The notes beneath the pieces are model-generated. The model was not told where the DNA came from. It saw nothing but the letters and a program-made list of their open reading frames with translations, and ran no database searches. A program made the translations under genes and the position numbers. Below, one piece after another: positions 34,807-47,400 of a stretch of DNA of 64,000 nucleotides. How positions within the stretch are numbered: the stretch's first letter is position 1; each line of letters begins with the position of its first letter. Source of the DNA: Anthoceros angustus (taxonomy: Eukaryota > Plantae > Anthocerotophyta); the NCBI GenBank assembly GCA_010909165.1, contig MU008167.1, positions 124,001 through 188,000 of the forward strand, in the 5' to 3' direction.

Positions 34807-36468
34807 ATGGGGAGCGAAGCTCGGTTTGTAACTGTGTCGTCTGTGCAGTTCGCTTGCACAGACGATGTTGAGACCAACGTGCAAACAGCTGAGAGGTGGG
34901 TGGAGGCAAAGGAATTCGAAATCGTTGGAATACGTGAATTCTGGGATTGGTGTGAGTGGAGTGTGTGGGTTGGGAGGATTGATTTGGCTTCTTCCCTGAT
35001 TGCTTCCTCCCTTCCTTGTGTGGGAGCAGGATGATCAGGGAGGCTCACAAGAAGGGAGCGCAAATCGTGCTGGTTCAGGCAAGTTTGCTCGTTCAAATCT
35101 CTTATGTGTGGGAATTGGGAATTCGGTATTGAGGTTTGTGTGGTTTTTGATTTGGTTTCCTTTTCTTCTGTTGCGGCTTTGGGCAGGAGCTCTTTGAAGG
35201 GCACTACTTCTGCCAGGCGCAAAGAGAGGACTTCTTCCTGCGAGCTCACCCTCGAGATGGGCATCCCACGATTGTTCGGTACGGTGCTGATTCATGTCGC
35301 ATCGGTCCGCGTTTCTGCTTGTGGAGACGAGAGTCGGAGTTTGTTTGATGGCTGGTTTTTTTTCTATTTGTATCAGGATGCAGAAATTGGCCAAGGAGCT
35401 GGCTATGGTGATACCGGTCAGCTTCTTCGAGAAGGCCAACAACGCGCATTACAACTCCATCGTCGTCATAGACGCAGATGGAACAGACCTCGGGTTGTAC
35501 AGGAAGTCTCACATTCCTGATGGACCGGGTATGGCGAACTCACCACCTATTTTCAGAGCATTCCTCGTGAGGAAAAACAACACCGCACGCTTATCCTGAC
35601 TGTCTCCATGCTGCTCATCAGGGTACGAGGAGAAGTTCTACTTCAATCCTGGAGACACAGGCTTCAAGGTAAGCTCCTTAGCTAGCTTGTTTGCTTCTTC
35701 AGCACCTTTTCACACTTGCTCCTTTCTTCAAGGTAACCTCTTGCTGGAACCTCTCTCTGCAGGTCTTCCAGACGAAGTATGCCAAGATCGGTGTTGCAAT
35801 CTGCTGGGACCAGTGGTTCCCGGAAGCAGCTCGGGCCATGACTCTCTTGGGAGCAGAGGTGCTCTTCTATCCGACTGCCATTGGATCCGAACCTCAAGAT
35901 GATGATTTGGATTCCAAGAATCATTGGAGGAGAGTCATGCAAGGCCATGCCGGGGCGAATGTGGTAAGTTCTGTGTGCAGAAACTGCAGCTTCCCTTTGA
36001 AAAAGAAGGATGCAAGGCTTGCACACACCTTGCTTGCTTTGCTGATAAAACGAGCTCTTGTCTCCTGCAGATTCCTCTGGTGGCATCCAACCGGATCGGG
36101 CTGGAAATCGTTGAAACAGAGCACGGGCCGCAGAAGCTCACCTTCTACGGCCACTCCTTCATCGCAGGCATGCCATGTTCACATAACACACATCCTGTAT
36201 CCATGTTTAGGTTTTTCGAACCTGCATCTCAATCAACTCACAGCTGCTTGCTCGCTCACTTGCTTGATCTCCTTGTTGCTGTGCAGGACCTACCGGAGAG
36301 CTTGCTGACACAGCAGAAGACGAGGAGGCTGTGCTCATAGCCACCTTCGATCTGAACAAGATCAAAATGAAGCGAAGCGGCTGGGGCATCTTCAGAGACA
36401 GGAGGCCCGACCTGTACAAAGTGCTGCTCACCTTGGACGGGACCAGTCTTCCTCCTAATTATGCTTAG
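34807..36468 (+). CDS. CPA: N-carbamoylputrescine amidase (nitrilase family, putrescine biosynthesis), multi-exon
   Basis: VSSVQFACTDD, LVQ|ELFEGHYFCQ, YRKSHIPDGPG, YEEKFYFNPGDTGFK, GVAICWDQWFPEAAR, YPTAIGSEP and WGIFRDRRPDLYKVL give an intact E-K-C catalytic triad. Confidence 0.95.
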
Positions 36469-37000
36469 ATCTACAGCACACTCGTCAGGGAAAGCTAGCC
36501 TGTGTTTTCAGAGACAGAAGCAGCGGATATGGCGGCTTGCTTGCATCCTTGCGATCTTCCTTGTAGCTCGATTTTTGTGGTAAAGCCTCGAGCTCCCTTC
36601 TTCCCATGGCAGCAGCACTGCTAGCTCAGCGACAAGGCGGCTGTCGGATATCTCGTTCGCCAGTCCAGCTGGCTCAGATTTAGCAGAGACAAGTGGCATG
36701 GTGCAGCTACCATGAGTCGTGCGTGAAACGCGAGTTGTGTTTGCCCTACCGGCGTTGTGTGACATTCCGTTCGGTTTCGTCTGCCGGCGTCTGTTTTTCT
36801 TGCGAGTAAGTGGCTGTGAAGGGCTCGCTGTGTGGACGTGTGGACAGGACGGGTCACGGAAGGAGGCGGAAATAACGACAGGCACAAGGAAGGCTTTAGG
36901 GAGTCGCGCGGTGAACGTGAGTGTGGTCGGATGCTGCAGAGAGGATTCTGAGGATGCTGCTGAGAGGATTCTGAGGATGCTGCTGCGTCGAGTGGGAGCC

Positions 37001-38401
37001 ATGGTGAACGTGCGCGTGGTCGGGGCGCGGCTGTGGGACGAGGACGAGGACGAGGACGATGAGGAGGATGAAGAAGAGGAGGAAGAGGACGAGCTGTGGG
37101 ACTGGCAGGAGGAGGAAGAGCACAGTTTTCTGATGTATCAGCTCAAGGGGAGCTTCGACGGCGTTCTTGATCGGAAAGGGGGCAGCAAGATGGATGCGGA
37201 GATTTGGAGCAATCTGCCGGAGCTGTGTGTGGAGCGCGTGGTGCAGATGTTGCCCCCGGCAAGCAAGTTCCGGTTCCGGGCCGTGTCCCGCGCTTGGCGG
37301 AGCTTGCTGTCGGATCCCAAGGTTATGCAGCAGCAAGCGGCTCCGGCGCGGCCGGTTTTTTGCTCCGTGCACTATTTTTCGAGGCGGAAAGATCAGCCTG
37401 TTCCGGCGCCGCAGTGTCCCCGCTTCTGCCAGAATGTGACGAAACTGGATCTGGAGTTCTTGCCTGCTGGTCCGGATTTTTCGGAATGGTTTCCGCGGTT
37501 TATGTCCGGGGAGGGCCTCGTATGCTTTGCCAACGCGCACAACGATATCACCAACACCACGACGATGCTGATGTTGAATCCGATGACCAGGTGTTACCGG
37601 CTGCTGCCGCATATGCCGATTGAGGACTCTAATCTTTGGTTCACCGGCATGAGGAATTTCGTTTTCCATTTCTCGGTGGATGCTGGCAAGGGGACGTTTC
37701 AGGTTGTGGTAACGGGGAACAACGGGATGAGGGAGATGCGCTGGGGCGTGGCGGTGTATTCTTCTGGGAGCGACTCGTGGGAGATCTTTAAGCATGAGGC
37801 TGGCGCAATTTTGCCGACTTCTCCTAATAGTCAGAGAGTGTTTTGCAACAGAATGCTGTATACCTATCACAACGGCTTTCTGCAATCGCACATGGTTGCT
37901 GACGAGCGTATCGTGAGCATTGCTGCTGCAGGGCCGATCACGCCGCCGGATCTTGCACCGAACGAAGGTTTTCTCGTGACTTGCTGTGGCAGAGTGTACT
38001 TCGTGGCAGCGCTGCTGACTGATGCCAACCCTGGTGGCAAGGTGTTCGGCATCTGGGAACTGGACGAGGAGGTGTTGCAGCTGGAGCAGCTCTCGCTCCT
38101 GCCGGACGAGATGCTCCGAAGGGTGACGCAGCACGCAAAAGCAGATTGTACGTACCATCTGGAGCACGTTACCGTGTCGAGCGGGTGTATCTGCTTCGAG
38201 ATATTTTTCACCAGGCAAGCGCAAGCGGAGAAGGCGGTGGTTGCTTCCAACCTGCTTGCCTTCAACGTCCGAAATAGTTCCTGGCAGGTTATCGCCAGGA
38301 AAGTGCCTTACGATTTTCACAAGGTTCACCTGTTCATGCCCAGGCTCGACTTGCACTTCACCCGAGATCCCAAGATTGAACTGGGTATCAACCGGAGATA
38401 G
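37001..38401 (+). CDS. F-box protein (FBA/kelch-like C-terminal region), intronless, with an optional acidic N-terminal extension
   Basis: MDAEIWSNLPELCVERVVQMLP...RFRAVSRAWRSLL is an F-box, followed by GLVCF, NPMTRCYRLLP and AVYSSGSDSW. The start could be 37001 or 37189. Confidence 0.85.
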   Translation: MVNVRVVGARLWDEDEDEDDEEDEEEEEEDELWDWQEEEEHSFLMYQLKGSFDGVLDRKGGSKMDAEIWSNLPELCVERVVQMLPPASKFRFRAVSRAWRSLLSDPKVMQQQAAPARPVFCSVHYFSRRKDQPVPAPQCPRFCQNVTKLDLEFLPAGPDFSEWFPRFMSGEGLVCFANAHNDITNTTTMLMLNPMTRCYRLLPHMPIEDSNLWFTGMRNFVFHFSVDAGKGTFQVVVTGNNGMREMRWGVAVYSSGSDSWEIFKHEAGAILPTSPNSQRVFCNRMLYTYHNGFLQSHMVADERIVSIAAAGPITPPDLAPNEGFLVTCCGRVYFVAALLTDANPGGKVFGIWELDEEVLQLEQLSLLPDEMLRRVTQHAKADCTYHLEHVTVSSGCICFEIFFTRQAQAEKAVVASNLLAFNVRNSSWQVIARKVPYDFHKVHLFMPRLDLHFTRDPKIELGINRR

Positions 38402-40186
38402 GGAACCTGAGATGCAAACGTGTTTGCTATTTTGGAGCAGGTCATCAACTGGGTCTGGGAACCGCCCCATTCGGTGAATAAATGTCAAAAGTTGGGTCCT
38501 GTCCGCCCGTCCGCTTGAGGACATTCACCGCCAGATCGGAAAGTATCTCGGGGTCCCCTCGCAATCCGCCGGGTTTCCGGGATGCCGAATTAGGGGTTCG
38601 TACGTTGTCGTACAGTGAGCTCACACCAAGAAGGATGTGGTTGTCAGGCGTCGACATTCTCGATGCAGGTAATACAGGTATTGATGGTAACCAGACAGCA
38701 TGAGGTGTAGATTCCAGAGTCGTGTGCTGGTCGAGACACGTTGGCCGAAGGGAATGTGCGGGGCTCGTGCGGGTACACGCTGTGGATGCGGACTTGGCGC
38801 GCCACGACTGCAGTCGGGACGGAAGTTGATGCGCATGTGGACAGTAGGCTTCGAGTGATGACATGTCACATACTTCTAACTGTTCCAGCCCATGTTAAGA
38901 GGGGATAGACATGATGATGCATCAGCCTCGTTGAGGATCCACGTCCATGAGACTGTGGTCGTCGGGGCCTCCTTGGGAGAGAACATGGGTTTGTTGATAG
39001 AGTCGGAAACTTACGAGGAGGATGAACGCTGCACACACATTGAAGACATATAAACATGAGCAAAGGTCCTGCTGGGTGGGGCGGAAGCAGAGATGATGCG
39101 GAGTATGGTAGCAAGGCACCGTACCTCCGCATAGACGAGCTGGGAAGGAAGACAGGTTCCAAGCTGACAAAAAGGTTGCAGCCAGAACTAGTTTCTTGTG
39201 GGAGCAGGAGCTCCACGTTAGCCACAAGCGTGAGAGGACCGATTTTGCTGTGATTGTCACCACACCCATGTGCGTCAGCCTCGAATCCAATACTGACTGG
39301 CAAAGGTGACCGTGACCATGGCGCAACATGATGCAGGCACGCCATTCACTACGTACCTTGGCCCTGCAGCTGTGCTGAATAGCTGGCGTAGCATTTTGGC
39401 ATTATGAACAAGGCAAAGAACGCTGCACAGACATGAAAAAGGTGTTCGGCAAAACGATCGAGACGCGGCTACTAAAGGAGGTTGGTAACCAGCAAGATCG
39501 GAGAGACTAACCAACTCGTATTAGGGTCCAGAGACTCATCAGGTATCCAGCCTGGGCCAGTAACCAGAGGGCCAGAGTTAACTGCAGTTCAGCAAAGTAG
39601 GTCATTAGAGCCGGTGATACCCCATCTCTGAAAGATACACCAGCAGACAGAAAGGCAAAAAGTGATTTTGCGTCCACCTTACCCTAAGCGTGATAGAAGG
39701 ATCACCAGAAAACATGTGTGATGTTTTTCTCAACACGAAATTAATCGTCGGCATACACAGTCGTGTGAGGGCCAGCACGTCAGCTTCAGTGACCTGGCTG
39801 CTGTCCGTTTCAGTCGGAAGCTCTCTGCCCAGGCGCATAAACGTGAGAGTGCGACTTGTTCCCCGGTTGCAACTTTTGCAAGGTGTCTTGATGGGAAGTC
39901 ACAGTACCTCTTTAAGAAGTTCCGATGGATGAAGACAGCTGACAAGTGGAGCAGAGCTGTGTACGCCCCCATGGTGATAACTCTGCAAGAGGGGAAGGCA
40001 TGTTCAGAGTTTCTCCGCACACATCCCCCAATCTTATCCAGGATTGATTATAAAGCACTCACCCACATCGCATCTCTTGCATGAACGATGCGGACATGAT
40101 AAAAAAACAACCCGTGCCAAAAAATAGTGAAGATCTTGGGACATCCCGCCACAAGATAATATCCCCTGCTCTCACACAATGCATCG

Positions 40187-41404
40187 TCAGTCCAGAAAAG
40201 GGAGACAAACTGTTACGACAACGCGTACTGTAGTGGGAGGTGCATAGAGCACTATACCCATGGAGCTAACCCAGCTGCTGTCGTCAGTCAGAGTTGATTC
40301 TGCAGCAAGAGGCAAGCAACCGGGCAGACTATCAAAGGGCGGTCCAGAATGAAGCACAGAATTGATACCCTGCAATTTTACGTGATTACAGGCAAACGAG
40401 GGGCACAAGAACTGACCACTGGTGGCCCTCCATGACATCGGAGCCTCCGCCAACTTGGGAATGCGGGTTGGAGGTTCACCGGTTTCAGGTGAAACATTTT
40501 CCTTGTCAGACGAGGTTTTGCGTTTATGCTGAATCTGCTTGCTCCTGCTGGTCCGAACTCCCCGAGCCTCAGCTTCCACAACTGAAGATTCCAGTTCTGG
40601 TTGCTCAAAATGCACCGCCCTGTTGGAACCCCTGACCGAAGGGACTACTGCAGTTTGGCCAGCACCGTCCTGTCCTAGTTCCGCTCGGACTCGTCTGGAA
40701 ACCCGTGAGGCATCCCCTCTTCTGGACACTCTGCCAACATCCTCAACTGAAGCTCGTTCAGTGGAACTACTCCTCGGCTGCTGCACATCATGCGCCATCT
40801 TCGACCTTCGGGATGCTAATTGAGGTTGAGCTAAGTCGGCAATGGGAATAGACTGCACAGCATGCTGCCGCTCTGCCACCAGTTGCTCCATCACCGGCTT
40901 AACAGAGCTGTTCACGGCTCGAGCTGCCTCCAACAACAACAACTCACTCACCTGTCGAGCGATCGGAGGAGGCCTGACCGGGGGAGAGATGTTAGGAGTG
41001 TTGCAGGGGTTCAGAGTAGGGTGCTCGTCCTTCTCGAAAGGAATCTGACTAGCTTCCCGGACGATAACCACATCCTGCATAGCCTCAGCTACACCCTTTC
41101 CTCTCCTCGAACTCCTGCCGGATTGACGATGAGAAACCTTCTCCTCCACATCCACAATATCATCATCAGAGTCCACTCTATACTCCAGCTTCTTCATCCT
41201 ACGCTGCCGCAAACCAGAGGCCTTCTCCCCCTCCCCCTCCCCCTCCTCCTCCACAACATCACGCCCTCTCGGACTCCTCGCAGGACTCTTCCCGCTCTTC
41301 CTAGTCCGCCTCATCCCCTTGAAACAGTTCACAGCAACAGCGTCGGTCGCCACGCTCGGCACAGCTGGAGCAGCCGCCGAGATGACGCTTGCCGTAGTCG
41401 CCAT
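40187..41404 (-). CDS. Hypothetical Arg/Ser-rich ORF starting with a transit-peptide-like segment, possibly chimeric or TE-associated
   Basis: 441-aa ORF containing MATTASVISAAAPAVPSVATDAVAVNCFKGMR and DKENVSP. No recognisable domain. Confidence 0.35.
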   Translation of the reverse strand: MATTASVISAAAPAVPSVATDAVAVNCFKGMRRTRKSGKSPARSPRGRDVVEEEGEGEGEKASGLRQRRMKKLEYRVDSDDDIVDVEEKVSHRQSGRSSRRGKGVAEAMQDVVIVREASQIPFEKDEHPTLNPCNTPNISPPVRPPPIARQVSELLLLEAARAVNSSVKPVMEQLVAERQHAVQSIPIADLAQPQLASRRSKMAHDVQQPRSSSTERASVEDVGRVSRRGDASRVSRRVRAELGQDGAGQTAVVPSVRGSNRAVHFEQPELESSVVEAEARGVRTSRSKQIQHKRKTSSDKENVSPETGEPPTRIPKLAEAPMSWRATSGQFLCPSFACNHVKLQGINSVLHSGPPFDSLPGCLPLAAESTLTDDSSWVSSMGIVLYAPPTTVRVVVTVCLPFLD

Positions 41405-44400
41405 TTTCAACGTTTGCACATGCTTCTGTGCGAAATCCGCAGCACTGAGAGAATCAGAGGCTGCCAGCAGCTCCTCCCTCTCGAGCCTGTAATTCAAAGT
41501 CTTAGCCGCCAAGGGTCAGGACAACCTGTTACAGCAACAAAATTTGGAACAGGATGATGATTTCACACACCCGCAGCCGCTGTTCCGTTCCTGTTCCGTT
41601 TTGCCCCTTTATAATTATCACCTCCCTTGCTCCTTTTTGACCTCTCGCTTCCAACAACTTCAACATATTTATGTTTTGCGCATAAGTATACCCATGACAT
41701 CAACATCCTGGCACAGTAGCATCTTCCAGCCAATGGATCTTTCTCTTCTTATAAGGCTTCAAAAGTGAGTGCATAGCTATTAAGCTTGCTCCAAGCCAAG
41801 CTTGGTGACCTATATTTCTTGGAAAAGTTTAGTGTGCAAACACAAAAAGCTTGAATTGGTGGTTTGGCCCTTGTTCATGCAATTTCATTGACACATTGAT
41901 TGATTGAAAATTATTTATCTTGTTTGAATTTTACCTTTACATTCATCCGGACCATTTTATTGCATACAAGGAATAGGGATGATACCACCTAATACCGTAA
42001 GATAATTTGTGAGATATATCTTGCAAATGACAACTAAATCATGTTAAAGTTGCTCGGACAACGAGGCCCACACTTACCTACATGCACCACGGATAGGCAA
42101 GGTGAGGGCATGTGCAATGCCTCCTTGCCGGACTCCATTCCTTCACTCCAAAATCCACAATCTTGGATGCAATTCCAATTCCCTACCACTCACTCACTCA
42201 CAATCCAGCCACAAACCAAACATCTCCTCAACCGCATCTACAACCTCGCCTCCGCAACAATTAGAAGCAAGATTTCCATCTCCCTCCGCTCGGATCAGGC
42301 TCCCCCGGTCACCAGCCTCCGGAACCTCCTCCACGCACATTGCATTCCAACCTGAAGCACCAGAAAACAATCGGATCAAACAACATCCAAACATGCACCT
42401 CCAACACCGGATATGTTGAGAAGACCTACATATGCGTCATCGGTCGCATGAGGACATATAGTATATACCTCATAATGTCATGGTATGATCCAAGATGCTA
42501 TCTCGATGTCGGTTTAAGAAGGACTAAATACTACAGTTCACAACAATCGTTTCAACCTTCACGACGATCAGCAATGGTGTTATTTTCACTCCAAGCGTGT
42601 TCCATTCACTCCAAACAAGAATGGTGTTCCCTTCACTCAAATAAAGAATGGTGTTCCCTTCACTCCAAAATCCACAATCTTGGATGCAGTTCAATTCCCT
42701 ACCACTCACTCACTCACAATCCAGCCACAAACCAAACATCTCCTCAACCGCATCTACAACCTCGCCTCCGCAACAATTAGAAGCAAGATTTCCATCTCCC
42801 TCCGCTCGGATCAGGCTCCCCCGGTCACCAGCCTCCGGAACCTCCTCCACGCACATTGCATTCCAACCTGAAGCACCAGAAAACAATCGGATCAAACAAC
42901 ATCCAAACATGCACCTCAACACCGGATGCATCCGGTGCAGGAAATGCAAAGCCAGTTCTTCAACGCAATTCTCAGAGGCTGATTAGCGGCACTTCCGACC
43001 TGGCTGGAAGCCTTGCGGGAAGGTGAACACGAGAGGCACGCGATTCCACAACCGGCTTGGCGGCCCAACGGCTGACTATGCTCCTGCTGTTTTCGGCAAA
43101 GGGGGACATCGGATGCACGTCTCCTTGTTCCTGTTCCCGGAAAGGCTAACCCTGCCCGGTTGGGCTGTGCCAGGCCTGCTCTGCTTTAGTATGTAGTTCT
43201 CCGCCACGCGGCCCCAGTCCGACCGTTGGGCCGCTTTTGAATTCCTTTCTCCGCTTGAACAGGAAGTCTGGACTTCCAGCATCGTTTTGGCGGCACGCGA
43301 ACCCTCGGCCTTTTCTGTGAAACCAGCAACAAAATTTGGAACAGGATGATGATTTCACACACCCGCAGACTGTTCCGTTCCTGTTCCGTTTTGCCCCTTT
43401 ATAATTATCACCTCCCTTGCTCCTTTTTTGACCTCTCGCTTCCAACAACTTCCCAACATATTTATGTTTTGCGCATAAGTATACCCATGACATCAACATC
43501 CTGGCACAGTAGCATCTTCCAGCCAATGGATCTTTCTCTTCTTATAAGGCTTCAAAAGTGAGTGCATAGCTATTAAGCTTGCTCCAAGCCAAGCTTGGTG
43601 ACCTATATTTCTTGGAAAAGTTTAGTGTGCAAACACAAAAAAGCTTGAATTGGTGGTGTTTGGCCCTTGTTCATGCAATTTCATTGACACTGTTGATTGA
43701 TTGAAAATTATTTATCTTGTTTGAATTTTACCTTTACATTCATCCAGACCATTTTATTGCAATCTATGTAGTTATCATATTTCAATCCCATGACGGAAAT
43801 CCGTCCTTAGTGGACTTAAATAAAATTCTTCTTCTTCTTCTTGAATTGGTGTTGATTAGGTTCAATTTTCATGAAGGGCCCGATGGCGAGCGATTGAGCT
43901 TGGATACAAGATCTTGGCTTATTACAGGAGATTACCGTACTTGAATACAAAATCAATATTGCCATGTACTTGAATACAAAATCAATATATAGGATGCACT
44001 GCATCCACACAAGCGCTTAAGTTATGGCTTGCTACAAGCATGAGCCAAACATCTTCCAGCCAATGGATCTTTCTCTTCTTATAAGGCTTCAAAAGTGAGT
44101 GCATAGCTATTGCTTGCTCCAAGCCAAGCTTGGTGACCTATATTTCTTGGAAAAGTTTAGTGTGCAAACACAAAAAGCTTGAATTGGCCATTCCAGAATC
44201 AAGAAGCGTTGAAGAGACATCTCAAATAGTTCCATATGTAATGATTCTTAAATCATAGTAATATGAAATTTCGTGTGCACATATGATTTATCAGAATATG
44301 AAGCCTATCTATCCCTAAGAAAGGCCTATGCGTTAGAGGAAGAGAGAAGATAGTTTATTGAAAATTTATTAAATTAGTATAATATCATTTATATTAATAT

Positions 44401-47400
44401 GGATAAATACATCACACGGTTCATTAGGGTTCTTCATTCCTATCTACATATACATATTATACATGTTTTTTGAAGTGTTTTAAGTTTTTGAGTTAATTTT
44501 AACTTTTCTTAATAACTTGCACCCAAAACAATAATTCATTGAGCATGTGCCTAATAGCTATATCAACTACGATTTGTTTGATTTTGTGCTGATCATAAGT
44601 CATCTTTATGAGATTCACAATACCTTTCAAACCCTTTTACTAGAACAACTATTATTTTGATACCTTTAGGCATGTTAATTTGTGTTCATGGCTCCTTTGT
44701 TTTCAAGTAGCGTTGGATGGCGAAGAACTCAAGAAGTCTAATATGCTACTCTATGTTAGCACCTTTCATTGTTGCAAAAGATAAGGATCATGACCACTAA
44801 ATAACAATTTGCCAAGTAGCCTTAAGTTTTGGTCAATTACGTAAATAGAATCCATGGTTGATCAAGTGAGCTATTTAACACTTCTAACTGCGTCATTGTT
44901 CAATTAGTTTGTCGCAAGACTATTATTAAAACACAAGCCATTCATCATAACTAGTTGCATTGACATAACTAATTTTGCCTTGGTTAGAATAAATGCTTTT
45001 GTAGTAGTAATTCTATTTTATTTTAATTGGTAAATAAAATTACAAATCTTTCGAGTTGCGCTTGAGAGCAACACTCAAAGATTTCATGGAGATCATGCAT
45101 CTTGTCTAGAATTGTTGAACATTGAGGAAGACGTTCAAGTGAAGATAATACCGCTCAGGAAAAGGCATGCGAAGAAGAATGCGTTCCAACTTACGCCAGG
45201 TGAGAGAGATACTCGTGAATGCTAACCACTTGGTGCCACACGTGGTGGGAGGCCAAGACATCGCGCACCTATTCTTCCACGTAGTCCCCTGTCGCCACGC
45301 GTGGTGGGAGGCCTAGACATTATTGCACCTATTCGCCTAAGTAGTTTCTTGCCATTCGGTCAAATTTAAAGTAATTTAGAAAGAGGAGTAGCTAAGTTGG
45401 CGTCCAAATGGCTTAGGCCAAGTGGACACACATACTTTGAGAATGTCGTGGTTAAGCCTACACTACAAGCGAGGACTTGGATGGGGTTTTGGAGAGGAAT
45501 GCCTGGTGCTAGTAGCCTAGCTCCATAGAACAAGTTGCCTGCACAGTCCCATGGCTACATACCGTCCTTAGTGGACTTAAATAAAATTGTTTGTTTGTTT
45601 GTTTGTTACAACGTGTGGTCATGACCACAAAGTCGGTGTTCAAGCCCTCCGGTCTTGAAATAAAATTGTCTACTTGTTTATTGGAATGTTGGTTGGAATG
45701 TGTGGTTGTTAACCACAAGGTCGCACGCTTCATTGTCTACTTGTTTGTTGGAATATTGGTTGGAATGTGTGTTGTTAACCAAATTATAACTTAGGCCCTC
45801 CTAGACTTGAAATAAAATTGTCTCTTTGAAATAAAATTATCTCATTGTCGCTGGAACGTGTGGTCATAACCATACTGCTGTAAGGCCCTCATGGACTTAA
45901 ATAAAATTGTTTGTTTGTTTGTTTGTTTGTTAAAACGTGTGGTTGTTAACCGACCACGTAAAGTTTAGGCCCTCTTGGACTTAAATAAAATTCTTGGTTT
46001 GTTTGTTAGAACGTGTGGTAGTTAAGCAAAGGTCACGTAATATCACGGATGGCTACAAATATCATAATATCATAGTGCGCGCTTCCTTGAAGCTTTGGAC
46101 ATGAGGTTGTATAGTACCTTGAAGCTTTGGACATAGAGGTTGTATGGTACAACAATAGTGTTTGGTGGTAGAAATGTCTCCATAAGAATAAAATATAAAG
46201 TTGTTCATGAAAATTGAACCTAATCAACACCAATTCAAGAAGAAGAAGAAGAATTTATTTAAGTCCACTACTTGATTTCCGTCATGGGATTGAAATATGA
46301 TAACTACATAGATTGCAATAAAATGGTCCGGATGAATGTAAAGGTAAAATTCAAACAAGATAAAATAATTTCAATCAATCATGATGTCAATGAAATTGCA
46401 TGAACAAGGGCCAAACACCACCAATTCAAGCTTTTTGTGTTTGCACTAAACTTTTCAAGAAATATAGGTCACCAAGCTTGGCTTGGAGCAAGCTTAATAG
46501 CTATGCACTCACTTTTGAAGCCTTATAAGAAGAGAAAGATCCATTGGCTGGAAGATGCTACTGTGCCAGGATGTTGATGTCATGGGTATACTTATGCGCA
46601 AAACATAAATATGTTGGGAAGTTGTTGGAAGCGAGAGGTCAAAAAAGGCAAGGGAGGTGATAATTATAAAGGGCAAACGGAACAGGAACGGAACAGCGGC
46701 TGCGGTGTGAAATCATCATCCGTGTTCCAAATTTTGTTGCTGGTTTCACAGAAAAGGCTGAGGGCCGTTCGCGTGCCATAAAACGATGCCAAGTCCAGAC
46801 TTCCCCTGTTCAAGCGGAGAAAGAATTCAAAAGCGGCCCAACGGTCGGACTGGGGCCGCGTGAGAACTACATACTAAAGCAGAGCAGGCCTGGAGCCTGC
46901 TTTGGCCAGCACCGTCCTGTCCTAGTTCCGCTCGGATCAGGCTCCCCGGTCACCAGCCTCCGGAACCTCCTCCACGCACATTGCATTCCAACCTGAAGCA
47001 CCAGAAAACAATCGGATCAAACAACATCCAAACATGCACCTCCAACACCGGATGCATCCGGTGCAGGAAAGTGCAAAGCCAGTTCTTCAACGCAATTCTC
47101 AGAGGCTGATTAGCGGCACTTCCGACCTGGCTGGAAGCCTTGCGGGGAGAGCGTGAACACGAGAGGCACGCGATTCCACAACCGGCTTGGCGGCCCAACG
47201 GGCGAGGCTGACTATGCTCCTGCTGTTTTCGGCAAAAGAGGGGGACATCGGATGCACGTCTCCTTGTTCCTGTTCCCGGAAAGGCTAACCCTGCCCGGTT
47301 GGGCTGTGCCAGGCCTGCTCTGCTTTAGTATGTAGTTCTCCCGCCACGCGGCCCCAGTCCGACCGTTGGGCCGCTTTTGAATTCCTTTCTCCGCTTGAAC

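Noticed and set aside
34054-35264. Several 130-240-aa ORFs between the large gene and CPA
   Set aside because: They overlap promoter, UTR or intron sequence or lie antisense to CPA, and show no recognisable protein features.
36896-38524. 542-aa antisense ORF over the F-box gene
   Set aside because: It is a shadow frame of GC-rich coding sequence with His/Gln/Leu-biased composition and no motifs.
45488-45512. Second possible Helitron 3' end (gaggaatgcct...gCTAGt; mirrored at ~48751-48775)
   Set aside because: The stem is only ~5 bp and the spacer to CTAG is too short to call with confidence.
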